Part shown: piece after piece, positions 38,970-52,794 of the stretch
Numbering within the stretch: the stretch's first letter is position 1
Layout of the letters: each line of letters opens with the position of its first letter
NCBI GenBank assembly: GCA_025786725.1
Contig: JAHLTZ010000036.1
Span: 1-64,000 of the forward strand
DNA: 64,000 nt
Direction: 5' to 3'
From: Syncephalis fuscata S228
Lineage: Eukaryota > Fungi > Zoopagomycota
Made by a program: the position numbers and the translations under genes
Notes under the pieces: model-generated
Databases searched by the model: none
Seen by the model: the letters and a program-made list of their open reading frames with translations, nothing else
Told to the model about the DNA's origin: nothing

Positions 38970-40333
38970 TCAAAGTTTATCTTGATCTGTGTTGACTACT
39001 ATAAAAGTGTTCCATGGACCACAAATACAACGATCGATTGTAAATGTTTTGTTTATAGGCAAGTTAATTAATTGCCACTTGCTTTGAGTGCTATCCAAAG
39101 AATGACCCAATTGACCATATTTATCTGAAATGATATTAGCTTTGATCCTATTAGCAATGGATATTACGTACTCCATCCACATGACCATACTGTATTGTCG
39201 TCTAATTTTTGTATTAATAATAAAAAGCTGTGCCAACTATAGTATTTACCTAAAGCAACAATTGTATGTCCTTCACCACAGGCCACCGACTGTATACTAG
39301 TCTCTACTGGAAACTCGATACAATTGGGATAGCCAGGATCCAACTTTTGTTCAATTGATAGTCCAAGCTGCCCATAATTGTCCCATCCAAATGTGTATAG
39401 ATCTTTGAATTCTAATTATCATGTATAGGATTGATTTGTTTACTTCGAGTATTTGATCAAAGTAGTAACCTACCAGTAATAATAGCGGAATGAAATGCAC
39501 CACACGCTATTTCGATCACTTTAATACCCTGCAGTGCCTCGATTACTTGTGGCTCAAATCTATCTGTGTATCTCCATGACCAAGCTGGCCAAATCTAATG
39601 ATAATAAATATAAACAAATGTTTAATAGTGAATACAAATAATGCCTACCTATTAGATCCCCAACTATAAAGCTGGCCATCATTGGCTAGTGCCAGCCAGT
39701 GAGCATGTCCTGAGACTATTTGTGTAAATTTTGGTTTTAAATTACACAACACTTTTAAAGAGTTGAATAGACTATCCGCCGGATTAGTAGCATCAATAGA
39801 TTTTAACCAGTTTGTATTTTGATTAGTATAGAGCAGTTTATCTAATAGATTGAATTAATAAATATATATATCTATAGTATAGCCGCACCTTTAATCATTG
39901 CTATTTGTCCTTCGTCAGATACGGCAACGCTTTGATACTGACCAAGCTGCACCCTGTAATCCTTTAATTCGGATGGCAGATAATGAGTCATTATCAAGTT
40001 ATCAGCACCATCAAGCTGTAGATATTGGCCAGTAGAGAGTAATTTGCCATACTTTACTGGCAATGTAGTGTTTTCTAATATATCACTTGATAGAATAGAT
40101 TCTGCCGCATTATCACCGTACAGTTGAAGCATCTGTTGTTGATTTCCCGCTTCATCTACTATTGAAACAATCACAAGAGTATGCATCCAAGTGGCGGTGA
40201 TAATGTCAGTTACCTTGGACATTACGCAAGGTGGCAACATCAAATGTTCATCTTTATCTCGATACTCCCACTGCGTATCAGTGCCTGATAGTTGCCCAAA
40301 CCTATTAAATCCACAGCTAATTATAAGACGCAT
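38970..40333 (-). CDS. RCC1/BLIP-II repeat protein (RCCD1/Ats1-like)
   Basis: SCGFNRFGQL, HWLALANDGQLYSWGSNRFGQLG, IACGAFHSA, LYTFGWDNYGQLG, VACGEGHT, CGPWNTFI. Confidence 0.85.
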
Positions 40334-40533
40334 TTCTGTTTCAATAACTTATCCAGCATAGTTATGACACGGCCAATTATTAAGTGTAAAACAAATTGGC
40401 AGTTTTACACACGAAAGTTATAGTTTTCTGTTATCGGAAAATATAAATGCACCATTCAACGTGATTACGTCGTCATCTTTACCTTTATCTACTTCTCTTC
40501 AACTGTTCTATTTCATCGTGCTATTCTGTCATC

Positions 40534-41017
40534 ATGACCACTCCAGTTCCTGCAGACTTTGTCGCCGTCACTCCAGACAATGGCATTTTGAAGCGCGTTA
40601 TCCAAGAAGGAAAGGGTAACACTCCAGACAACGGTGTTACTGCTGTTGGTAAGCTATATTTACGGCATTGCCACTACAACAAACTGACTTGGCTCCATAG
40701 TTCACTACGTGGGTACTCTTTACCCAACTGGCGAGCACTTTGACTCTAGCCGCAGCCGTGGCAAGCCATTCACCTTCCCATTGGGTGCCGGTAAGTTATT
40801 AGCAGCTATACAGTATATAAATAGAATATTTATAAACTATATGTATTTAGGCCGTGTTATCAAGGGATGGGACATTGGTGTAAAGACCATGCGCCCCGGA
40901 GAGATTGCCGAATTCATTCTTGCTCCAGACTATGCCTATGGTAGTCAAGCTGTCGGTAACGTCATCAAGGCCAACTCCACTCTTAAATTCGAGGTGGAAG
41001 CAATTGAATTCCAATAG
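40534..41017 (+). CDS. Single-domain FKBP peptidyl-prolyl isomerase (FK1 domain of FKBP52 type)
   Basis: DNGILKRVIQEGKG, VHYVGTL, FDSSRSRGKPFTFPLG, VIKGWDIGVKTM, PDYAYG, LKFEVE; 3 exons. Confidence 0.93.
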
Positions 41018-42294
41018 GGAAATATTGTTTCAAGCTATTCAAATATGCATGTGCGCTCATTTGATTGTCTATTGACTTGTTGAGGAACTATTTTACTTGA
41101 GCCTAATGTTTTTTTGAAAATAAAAGATATAGGACTCACTCCACTTCAACCGAATTTAATGCAAATATTATCAAATATTAACAAGCTTTACTATAGATTA
41201 TTCATAACTAATGCGCCATTAGTAATATGTTTATTATTTTACTCCAAGTATAATAGCAGTAATATGTTATTATTATCTTATTTAGTTTATTAATTCAATA
41301 TAATAATTTCTTTTTTACAGATACTAACATATTGCAGTTACATTTAGTACAGCTACATTAACATTGCTTATTTTAACAATATCAGTGATTTATTTACATT
41401 GTTTCCAATGCACTGATATTAACTAGTTTATTGATAATTTATAATAGTCTGGTGATTAAATGGCTATATTTAATAAATATTTACACATTTAAACCAAACA
41501 TTCTTTCTATTAAACATGATAATGAGTAGTGAGTGACATCAAAGCTTAAAATACTCATCATCACAGATATATAATCTAGTATAATATAGAACATGTCATC
41601 AGTAAAGCGCTGTGTGTTATAAAAAGAATAGATGGCAAACAATAATATAAGCAAATATAGAACAATGTCATCAGTAAAACAATGGTAGCATTTCAAAAAA
41701 GAATATTTTAAATAGATTACTATCTAAAAACTATTATTGCATGGTGCCTCTATATCAACATACGTGAATGTGACACATAATACATTTAGAAGAGTATACT
41801 GGTGAATTACTAGCTATATAAATAAAAAATGTATTTAATAAAAAATATTTATGGTATGTAAGATTAAATTAAATAAAAGTAAAGCATTATTAGTTCGACC
41901 ATATTATTAGTTATGTAAATCATACTATGCATAATATCCTAATTATCAAAATATTTGTTGTAGCTTTGTCTATTTAAAAAATTGAAACTTGCACGTTTTG
42001 ATTCCCCGTATTTATTTCATGTATATATTGATAAAAGATCGTTATCTATTTAGCATGGATATGTTTTAAAATAGACATTAGAAAAAACGTTTTTGGCTAT
42101 TATAGCATGTTTTTCCAATCCAGCACACTTTTTTGTTTCTATCCAATGTTCTATTTAGACACTATCAAAATATTTAAATAGCGCCATTGCATACGGCAAT
42201 AGCATAAACATTAAACACACAACAACTCTCTCCACTCTATCTTTTACACGCACTTCTAGAACACTATCGCGGATATTATATCACCACAAGAAAC

Positions 42295-42770
42295 ATGCGT
42301 ATCTTAGCAGTATTTTGATTGTGAGCTGTGCTCTTTCCCTTCAACTCTATGGCAATGATCGAGTTTTTGCAGCAAATGTACCTGGCACAAGTGTACTAAG
42401 CCTCCAACCAAAGAGCCCAAACAGTTGCTCCGTTAGTATGAGTAAAGACTATTGGCCTGGAAAACCTGCAAAAATATTCTCAGGAGAAAAATAACACTAA
42501 CAGCAAGTTGGGAAGAAACCATGTTAGGCTGTAAAGCCAATTGCAGAATTGGTTCAGAATTCTATCTAATTGATTGTTTATTAATGGAGGAATCGGCAGC
42601 TAAAGATTATATTAAGACATTAAACAATAGAAATCAGGTAATTAGTAATTGGAACATTTGCATTAATAGCTAACAAATTTAAATAGTTAAAAAGCTATTT
42701 TGTAAAAAACTATTACCATTGCTTTATATCGCCGCTACATTTAAACAAAATGGAATTATTAAAATTTTAA
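42295..42770 (+). CDS. Small secreted cysteine-containing protein, paralogue A (two 1-nt deletions: assembly error or pseudogene)
   Basis: Aligns with 43822-44243: signal peptide, four shared Cys, and the same intron (42638-42686). Frame breaks at 42301 and 42487-42491. Confidence 0.7.
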
Positions 42771-42909
42771 TAAAATAATAAAATCATCTGCATTAATCTT
42801 TTCCATGACTATTTATTATAAATAATGGCAACTACTTAATGTGTATTTTTTGTTTTAGTAAATTGTATCATACTGCCAATAATCACGTTGGGCACTTATC
42901 TAGTCTTGA

Positions 42910-43180
42910 TGTATAACATTGCAAGCACTAAATCATTTTGAAGATACGTGGTAAGAGGCACTGCAAAAAAGCACGAGATGTGCGTATTGCAGTACTAAAT
43001 AATTCGGCAACAGATTGTTGAAACTGCAGCAAAAATGCTAATGCAGCAAAGTAGTATCGTCGAGTGCTTGAGTTAGACAAGGGGAAAGCAACGTGTTTCA
43101 TCGATTGGCCCAGACACACATGGAACTGGAGAATTACGATACAGCTTTGGAATTAGTTCAACGTGGACAAAAGATATGAT
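42910..43180 (+). pseudogene. Decayed TPR module of FKBP52/CyP40 type
   Basis: QALNHFEDTW*EALQK/ARDVRIAVLNNSATDC*..AAK*YRRVLELDKGK/FHRLAQTHMELENYDTALELVQRG, with stops and frameshifts. Confidence 0.7.
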
Positions 43181-43821
43181 GTCTACTACACATTTTATAT
43201 CCATTGGGTCCACATATTAAGCTAGTTATACCCTGGAGATATTGCGTTCGAAACAATGCAAATACAAATCAACAAAAAAGGACCACGAAAGGGGCGAAGG
43301 AACTGCACTTGGTAATTTATCTATCAACTGGCTAATTGGTTAATTAAGATGTCAATTACTGCATAAATATTTGTAATATGTAAGATTAATTTAAATAAAA
43401 TAAAACATTATCAATTCAAATACAATGCTATTCAAGTAAATTATATATACATCTATTTTATTTATAACATGAGGCAACTTTTACACCATTATCTAGCTAT
43501 TTTGAGCAAAATGGAAACTGTTCACTCTGCTTCCCCGTATTTATTCTTTGTATATCGATATAAAACTTTTATCCATTTATCATGGATACGTTTTAAAAAC
43601 GGATGTTAGAAAGTACGTTTCTAGCTATTATAACAAGTTTTCCAATCCAGCACACTTTTTTGTTTCTATTCAATGTTCTATTTAGACACTATCAAAATAT
43701 TTAAATAGCGCCATTGCATACGGCAATAGCATAAACATTAAACACACAACAACTCTCTCCACTCTATCTTTTACACGCACTTCTAGAACACTATCGCGGA
43801 TATTATATCACCACAAGAAAC

Positions 43822-44243
43822 ATGCGTAGTCTTAGCAGTATTTTGGTTATGAGCTGTGCTCTTTCCCTTCAACTCTATGGCGCCAATCAAGCTTCTGCCG
43901 CAAGTATAAGCAAATGCTCCGTCACTATGGCTGCAAGTTATCCACTTAAAACGCCTGCAATGATAATACCATCAGGAAGAAAATTAGCAGTAGCATCACC
44001 TTGGGAAGATACCGAGAAAGGCTGTAAATCCAGCTACCAACTTGGTTCAAAATCTTGTCTAATTGAATGCTTGCCATTGAGTCCATCTGACGCTAAAAAT
44101 CGTATTATAGATCTGCAACGAAAGAATCAGGTAATTAGAATTGGAATGATTGTATTAATGACTAACAAAATCTTATATAGCTCTCTGACTATTTCGAGAA
44201 AAATGGACACTATTGCTTTATGCTATTGACACCTTCAAAATAA
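43822..44243 (+). CDS. Small secreted cysteine-containing protein, paralogue B (about 123 aa)
   Basis: MRSLSSILVMSCALSLQLYGANQASA signal peptide; intron 44131-44180; ends LSDYFEKNGHYCFMLLTPSK. Confidence 0.8.
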
Positions 44244-44436
44244 CCTGATGTTATTAAGCTTCTAATAAAGCAGTAAAATTGTTTGCACTAATCTTTCTCA
44301 TAGCTATTTATTGCAATAATTGCCATTGTTCAACGTGTTTTTTTGTTTTAGCGAACCAATATTATTATACAACTGTATGTTGTCGTCATCTATATTGTCG
44401 CCGTATCTCTTGTATATAGCAACATACAAATAAGGT

Positions 44437-45488
44437 TTATTTAATTTCTTTGTATGGATATTCGAGTTGTGCAGTCTTGTGACGCCATAACTTTCTGCGT
44501 TTCTTAGTGGTTACATGCTCGGTCATGACCTCTACGCAGTTTTCCTGTTTAAATTTACGAATAAACGTAGGATCCCTATAATGTAATAGTAAAAGAATGA
44601 ATACTATGCCAATCCATCAATAACAACTCATAATACTTACCACAATTCTGAAGCAATACCCAAATCTTTGCAGCAACGCATCAAAGCGTTACTCTTGCAA
44701 CCTTCCGATGCGGTGGCCAAACCATCTGGGTCAAAATAGTCTTGTTCGCCACGAGCCTGTGCCACAAATCGACCACGGCACACCAAAGCATACTCTCGAG
44801 AAATGGTACGCGGTGATACGCTATGCTCACCACGAGGAGCCAGGCCCCAGCCTAAATGTCATTCCATTAGCATTAGACAATGATCGGCATTATGTAGCAA
44901 AGTATTGCCTACCACCAGGTCCAAAGGCGCGATTTAAAATGCGACGGTATTTAATTTCCGGTAAATACAAAAGACCGTCTATAAAATTGATTAATAAATC
45001 ATGTCAATCACTGAAGACTATTCAATGGCTACCTGGCTTAATTTCTACATCTTCTGGCGCAATAGGTGCCAAAAGAACATCGGCGACCTCTTTGGGAAAC
45101 GGTTCAACGGATAGACCGTGGAAGGAACGGGCCCAATCGCCGCTTGGATCGTTGATAAGACCGTCAGTTGTTGTTGTTGCTGCATTGCCTAGAATTGTAT
45201 CACTGGCCGGTGGGAAGGGTGCATGTGTTGCTGGTGCAGCTTTAGAGGCCGCAGAAGAGCTGGATGTGGTAGAACTAGAGCCGTATTTCGATGTTGACGT
45301 ATAGCTTGAGTAGAAGGCTGGGCGTGCTGCTGTTTGCCATGACGTGGCCTTTGTCTAATAGTCATGGTCATTTAAATAGTCGCAGTCTATAAGTGGCTAC
45401 TTACCATAGCAGGTTGCATACGAGACGCCGATCCACCAAGCAAGGAGGAACGACCGACTCTGACAAGAGATCGGGCTACTGATGCCAT
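44437..45488 (-). CDS. MGM101: Mitochondrial genome maintenance protein Mgm101
   Basis: [73 protein letters not shown]. Confidence 0.95.
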
Positions 45489-45644
45489 CTTATAAGTAAA
45501 GGAATAAAAGTGGAAAAGTAAAGAAAAATATACTAAATCGCGTTTATTAAATACTTTATAATGATTATTGGTGATTAGTAAATTATTACAATTATTATTA
45601 AAATATTGACTCATTTAATAAATAAATAGATTTAATCTTCCATC

Positions 45645-48011
45645 TTATCGTTTATTGCTAATCATATTCTGCATCATATCAAAGCTATTACCATCGGGCT
45701 GAAGTGTATATACTTGCTGAGGAATAATTCTTTACTATGTTCGTCTATCGCAACTGTTTCTAATAAGCCATAATCCGGTGTAATACCTTGAATCCTGACT
45801 ACTATGCCACTTTGGTCTTTCAGTGTAACTATTTTGCCACTATTCAAATAATTAGTATACAAATAGTTTGTCATATAATCAAACTTACGTATGCAACCAG
45901 TATCGATAGTATAGATCCAATAATGAGCTAAAGCCCGAATGAATAAATATTTTATAAAAGTGTTCAAGACGCGTTACAATCAACGCAAGTATCTCTTCGA
46001 GCGTAAATGGTGCCAAATTTGTTTGGTTAGCCTGGTATGTATTGCTACAAGTTGGTTAATTGATGTGGTTGGTGCTTCATTATCGACATTAAGACCACAG
46101 CCTATATCATTAATTAGTATCGAATGGGCAACTAAATAGTCAATTACCAATAACTAGTGTAAATTGATTTGATTGAAAACTTGAATTCACAAGAATGCCA
46201 CCCATTTTAACATATTTATCCATTGTACTACTCTATCAGATTAGATATCCTAGCATAAATATCATTAGGCCATTTTAAATGTAGTGGAATATTCTAAATT
46301 ACATAGATTAGTTAATGATGCGTAATATTACCACACTTACTTCATAGCCAGGTCTAGATCGTATACCATCAACTACAGCCAATCCCACCAAATATTGTAC
46401 AAGTACGGGCGATGGTAGATTATTGTTCAGCTCTTGTCGAAGTATCATTGAAAAGGAAAGACTGCCAGTGGGTGAGACCCATGCATTACGTCCACGACCT
46501 ATTTATTCATTCTGGTAGCTGTAGATGGATAGATGCACTGTATAAGATTACCTCTACCGGATACTTGACGAGTCGCCACACATACTGTACCATCTGGTAA
46601 ATGTCTTGATAAGCGATCATTTCTATTGTAATAGTTTATAAGTAACTAATGTATCTAGTTAAGCTTAAAACCGCCTACTTTTCCAATAATGTTTGCGTAG
46701 AAGTTATTGTTTCGGTGTAAATGACCGTAGCACCAAATGCATTAGGTCGTAATTGATCAACTAACGAACGTGCCGATTGCCAATGTTTATAATAAGAAGC
46801 TAATGAGAATGGGCCTGGCGGCGTAATAGCATTAGAAGATGAAGCATTAAAAGATGGAGATATTATTAATGAATGGACTAGCTTATCATCGTTAGTCCTT
46901 CATTTAATGGCTGGACCGACTTGTAATCGTTATAGATAACAAATCGATCATTTTCTCCGTTAATAACATTAGTATTTGCGTCTTTGGCAGTTTCCAGTCG
47001 TTGTTTCACCGAATTGATAGTAGCTGATGCAAAGCTAGTAAGCCAAAGTGGCGTCAATGGTGGCAAAATTGGATCGCTAATATAGGTAGTTAAACCGACT
47101 TCTTCTAACAAATAGCGGAATAGTAAAAGCCGTGCTGAATTGCTTGCTCTTAGTTTTAAAACTAATGTTTTATCGCTATAAACTGGATCGTTTTCATTCA
47201 ATAGTGTTGCATCGAATTCGGGATGTATACCGGTAAGTAAAGCCTTGCCACGACCTACCTGTGACGTAATAATGCTTGCCTGACCTTCTGGATATCGGGC
47301 CAGTACTTGTATGTTTGGTGTTTCATCAGCATCGATAAAAGCCCCACCTCCATTGTAGTAAATATAAATAGATTCTGAATTGTTTGTACTTTGAGTAATT
47401 GTATTGGCAATTGTTGTATTTAACTGAATTGGAACTGCACGAGCACCTGCTTCACTATCATAAACAAATCCAGGATAGACACAGCCCCGTACAACACCGG
47501 GAAAGAATTGAAGGTCGCGTTTCTCATTAACTTCAAGCGGTGTGCCAAGTTCAAACTCTACAGTAGCGCCGGCATAATAGCCACCAGCACATAGACCAAG
47601 ATAACGGCCTCCTTCTTCAACATAGGCACGAATACGTTTATTAGCCTGTGGGTGCAACTTTTCTTGATATGGTTTATCGCGTCCACCCGGCATTACAAGT
47701 AGTGCAGCCGTCGATTCCCAAGGCTCGCGGCTTAAGGCATCGGCGCTAACCTGCTGTACCGAGTAGCGGGTACCAAGCACGGCCCGTAGCGTGCGTAGTG
47801 TCTGGTGCAAGCAGTGAGGACTAACACCGGGTCCATCGTAAACAAGTACATTCACGGGCGATAATGTATGGTTATACATTGAAGAGGAGGAGGAGGAGAG
47901 GCGAGAGGATAATAAAGCGGCGTTTGCGTTCCAAAGACGAAGCAATAGCATTAAAGAACAAGAAGCAATTGCCAAAAAACACGTACGTGTCCAGGGAACA
48001 AAAAGCGGCAT
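45645..48011 (-). CDS. BPL1: Biotin-protein ligase/holocarboxylase synthetase with BPL_N domain; 1-nt frameshift near 45722
   Basis: NVLVYDGPGVS, MPGGRDKPY, YLGLCAGGYY, QVSGRG, LKWPND, KMGGIL, GITPDYGLL, and LQPDGNSFDMM in the shifted frame. Confidence 0.93.
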
Positions 48012-48916
48012 TGTAAAATATTGGGGAATAAAGTGGTATCTATTTTACACATCGCATTACAAATCTATAATAATAACAATAATAAAGCGTTTATTATGTA
48101 ATTAGTAAATAGTTATTTAATTAAGTAAACTGTCGCTAATGTTTTATTTATTTAATATGATGCAAATACTTTATATACTGTATTATATTCTATTACAAGT
48201 ACAGTTATCTTAAAAGCATCCGATTCCCTTTATATTGTGCCAATGAAGCGGCTTCCTCTTGAGTTGCTCTAATTAATTGTATGTATATTAATAAATACAT
48301 TTAAATATAAAGATTACCTGCGAATAGAAAAGCATTGGATGTTACCAGTAGTTGCTCGATAGCGTCCAATCACTCGATAAGGCAATGCCTTCGATTGATA
48401 AGCAGTCAAGTGTAAAGAGCAGCAAGGATGATCAATTTCCCAGAATACAAATGAAGCTATAACTGGCACTTCATTACCATGTAGTATATAGTCATGGGCC
48501 ATAAATTGTCTTTCTAATCGGTTATTCATACGGTCTTCATCTAAAGAGCATATATGCACTATACATGAATGAATAGATCGTTAAAAAACTAATAGTTAGC
48601 TGTAACTACCGTAAAACTCAAATAAACATGGTTCAGGAGGCATTTTCTGTTCTATATCGATGATACGCGCATAGAGTAGCGGATAAGGACGCACACACGG
48701 CGGTTTATACATTGTGTATATGTATATCGATATTACAATTGGATATTGTTAACGAATAAGACAGTGTAATCACTATTGTAATGTCACTTAACATTTGATT
48801 TGAATAAAAAAGATATGAATTTGTTTAATATAAGCTCAGCTATTTATTTCTTTACTTTTTCTCTGTGTAGATTACTAGTCCCAATAAGCTATCTTACTGT
48901 ATTGTTGGCGGTAAAT

Positions 48917-50508
48917 ATGGTATCAAACGATACAGACGCGACACTTAGCAATCGGCAACGTAAAATACGTGAACGACAACGGGCCACCGTCAATACTAAT
49001 CAGTTTCCTAACCAGACGGCATTTCGACAAGCTGAACGGCGATTCCGACACGGTGGAGGATTTATACCAAAGGATAAAAGTACTTGGACAGGCGTAGTAG
49101 ACTTTTCATGTATTGATGAACATGATGCACTACTTAACGCTCAAATCATCGAACTGGAACTACAATGGGATCCACGTATGGCTGAACTAACATCATGGAC
49201 AAATACCGATCTATGTTCAACTACTACATCGACAACCAATGGCTGGTCTGGCAAAGATGTATTTTCACCTCCACGTGCCTATACGCTGGCATCAGCACCT
49301 GGTAATTAATTACTGACTATAATTATAGATTTAATTAATATTAATTAATCAATTGATATTATAGGTTTAATTGTACTGCCAGAATTGTTGACACCAGCAG
49401 CACAGCGCTATATTGCTTATCAATGTTTAAATACGTATGCTTGTTCGCCTAACCGTAACAATCTGGATGCTCATTACATATTACCAGATTGTGGTGTTTG
49501 GCAATTAGCACTACAAGATACAACTAACGCCTTTGCCACTGATCCAAATACATCTACGCTATCTTCAGAACAACACGAACCTGCCGGTTACTATGAAGAT
49601 GATAGCTATGCACCAACCAATGAATCTACCAATGAACTAGCCACCAAGAAGACTAGAACCACTGAATTACCACCAGCTTCTGTACTTTTACGTAAACTAC
49701 GATGGACTACACTAGGCTATCAATATGACTGGTCCAATAAGCAATATCATCCAGAACATCGCCATCCATTTCCTAACGATCTAGCCGAATTAACACGATC
49801 AATTGTACGCTGTATTAATGGTATTCGACGTAAATCAGCGACATCTATTGACAATGCAACGCTTTCTTTATTTAATTATGACTATGAACAATACCAACCG
49901 GAAGCAGGCGTGGTCAACTTTTATCAAATACGCAATACATTAACCGCCCACGTTGATAAAAGTGAGGAGAATATGGAAGCACCCTTAGTATCATTTAGGT
50001 AGGCTATTATAACCATTAGCTTATATAATCGTCTATATTAATAATTGAATAGTATTGGACATGCATGCATTTATCTGCTTGGCGGAGAAGATCGCACTCA
50101 ACCACCTACACCCATTTATTTACGCAGTGGTGATGTGCTTATTATGACGGGAACATCCCGGTATGCGTATCATGGTAGGTTGCATGCAGCATTTGTATCT
50201 ATGGAAGCCGGTTGGTCTAAGGCCATTGTTGCTGCATTATAGGCGTACCACGCATTGTAGAAGACACATTGCCAGACTGGCTGGCGGCTAATCCATGCGA
50301 CAGCCATACTGGCACGCACTATGAACAGAAATCTAGCCAAGAAGAAGAACAAGTAAAAGACAGTATTGATATGAGTAACACAGATTACTGGTCACGCTAC
50401 GGTGCCTATCTTTCTACATCACGTATTAATGTCAATGTACGTCAAGTGATGTTTAACAACGCTAACATTAATAGCAACAGTAATAACATTAATGGTAATA
50501 ATAAATGA
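48917..50508 (+). CDS. ALKBH1: Alpha-ketoglutarate-dependent dioxygenase ALKBH1/Abh1
   Basis: KLRWTTLGYQYDW, PEAGVVNFY, LTAHVDKSE, LRSGDVLIM, YHGVPRI, RINVNVRQV. Confidence 0.93.
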
Positions 50509-51345
50509 TGTGTATCGTTTATTATGGTAATTCATCATTGTCTTTTGGCCATTACAGCCTGTTTATATTTTAATAGTGCATAAAACATATGCGTCAGTAG
50601 TCATGCTTCTTCAAGGCTGATGTTCAATGACACATGGCATCTATATTCACGTGTATTGCGTCGCTTTTGAAAAGAAGGGGGCAGCATGAGAGAGTAGAGA
50701 GAGTAGAGAGAGAGTGTGTGTGTGGACAGAATGTCAAACTCGTCAAGATGATTTTTACGCCTTTTACTTCCACACAGCGTAAGAGGCCAGTCAATATTTG
50801 ATGACTCTTCATTTCATCCATTAAATTGACTGTTATCGTTCATTCTATAACACACACACATGCATTTTGGTCGGCCCAGCTTCACTTCTCTCCTTCTCTA
50901 TCACTCTCTTACTTGTTCGTTCCCAGTTGCTTGGCTGCTTTACCCATTATTCTCGCGGTTCACGCACGCGCCCACGTATTAACCTGTTTCGTCTCTTGCT
51001 TACCTTGTGCCACCTACAGCGGCCACACGCTTGCCGTTACTGTCACTGCCGCTGCTGCTACGGTTGTCGTTGCGTTCCTTGCTCTTCATTCTCCTCTAGT
51101 GTCGTTTTCTTTTTATTATATTGTCGTTTCTACAACACACACCTCACTCACTCTTCTTTCTTTCTCAGCGGGTCGGCCTTTATATTCAAAACCGATCATA
51201 GTAACCCCAGCCATACATAAGCGCGCCACGGTATTCCGCTGTTCATCCCGGACTCTCGTGCCATCTACTGGTATTGCTATTATAATTACACTCGTCAGTT
51301 TCAGTTACTAGTGGTTTAACTGCATAACAGCTATTTATAAACATC

Positions 51346-52176
<831 letters not shown>

Positions 52177-52794
52177 TTGCTAGTTTGTATGCTTTCGGTG
52201 ACGATTCTAACGAAGAAAAGCCAGACCTACTGTGTTTGATGTATGTAAAGTAAGAAGCGTGCAATCTCCATAGGCTTGGCCTGTACTTTAGGCGTCAATA
52301 AGATAAACCCATTGGAAACAATTTGTACGGCAAAGTTCAGTAGAAAGTAGATGCTTGATATTACATGTCGACCAGTAATTTAACTGGTTTTGCTTCGTTT
52401 AATCCCCCCTCTAGTGTCATTGATAGTTGAGCAAATTTCTACATACGTGCCTTATTATTTACTTCATTTCGTGTTCCTTTTCGCGTGATTTTTCTTCATT
52501 TTAATTTTTATCAAAAGCATAGAACAGTTACTGTCTACACGGCAGTATTATAGTTGAAAAGTTATAGACTGTGTCCAACTATTGTTCCACTTGTCGGCTT
52601 AATCTTCTCCTATTGTCACACTATCTATTGATATACGATAAATACAGATCGTTGTGTTTGTCACTTTTAATCATAGAACTACTTTTCTAAATATTAAAGT
52701 GTTTTTTGAATTTAATCATTTTTACGACAATAAATGCAAAAAGTAGTGACAAATCAGATAATTATAAGATGTGAACGTCAATGCTTTATTACAG

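Larger units (their letters stand above)
41845..44352 (+). repeat. Direct ~1-kb gene duplication (about 41845-42860 and 43367-44352)
   Basis: Promoter, CDS, intron and 3' UTR all align. 42111-42301 vs 43638-43828 differ at one base by eye. Confidence 0.9.

Noticed and set aside
44708-45304. 198-aa plus-strand ORF (likewise 10201-10806 and other antisense ORFs)
   Set aside because: These are antisense shadows of Mgm101, the MFS transporter and other real genes.
50750-50775. GCCTTTTAC resembling U5 snRNA loop 1
   Set aside because: The flanks do not form the U5 stem and no Sm site is evident.
50826-51311. 161-aa hydrophobic ORF upstream of ARF6
   Set aside because: Non-ATG start in a pyrimidine-rich leader; the composition explains the apparent hydrophobicity.
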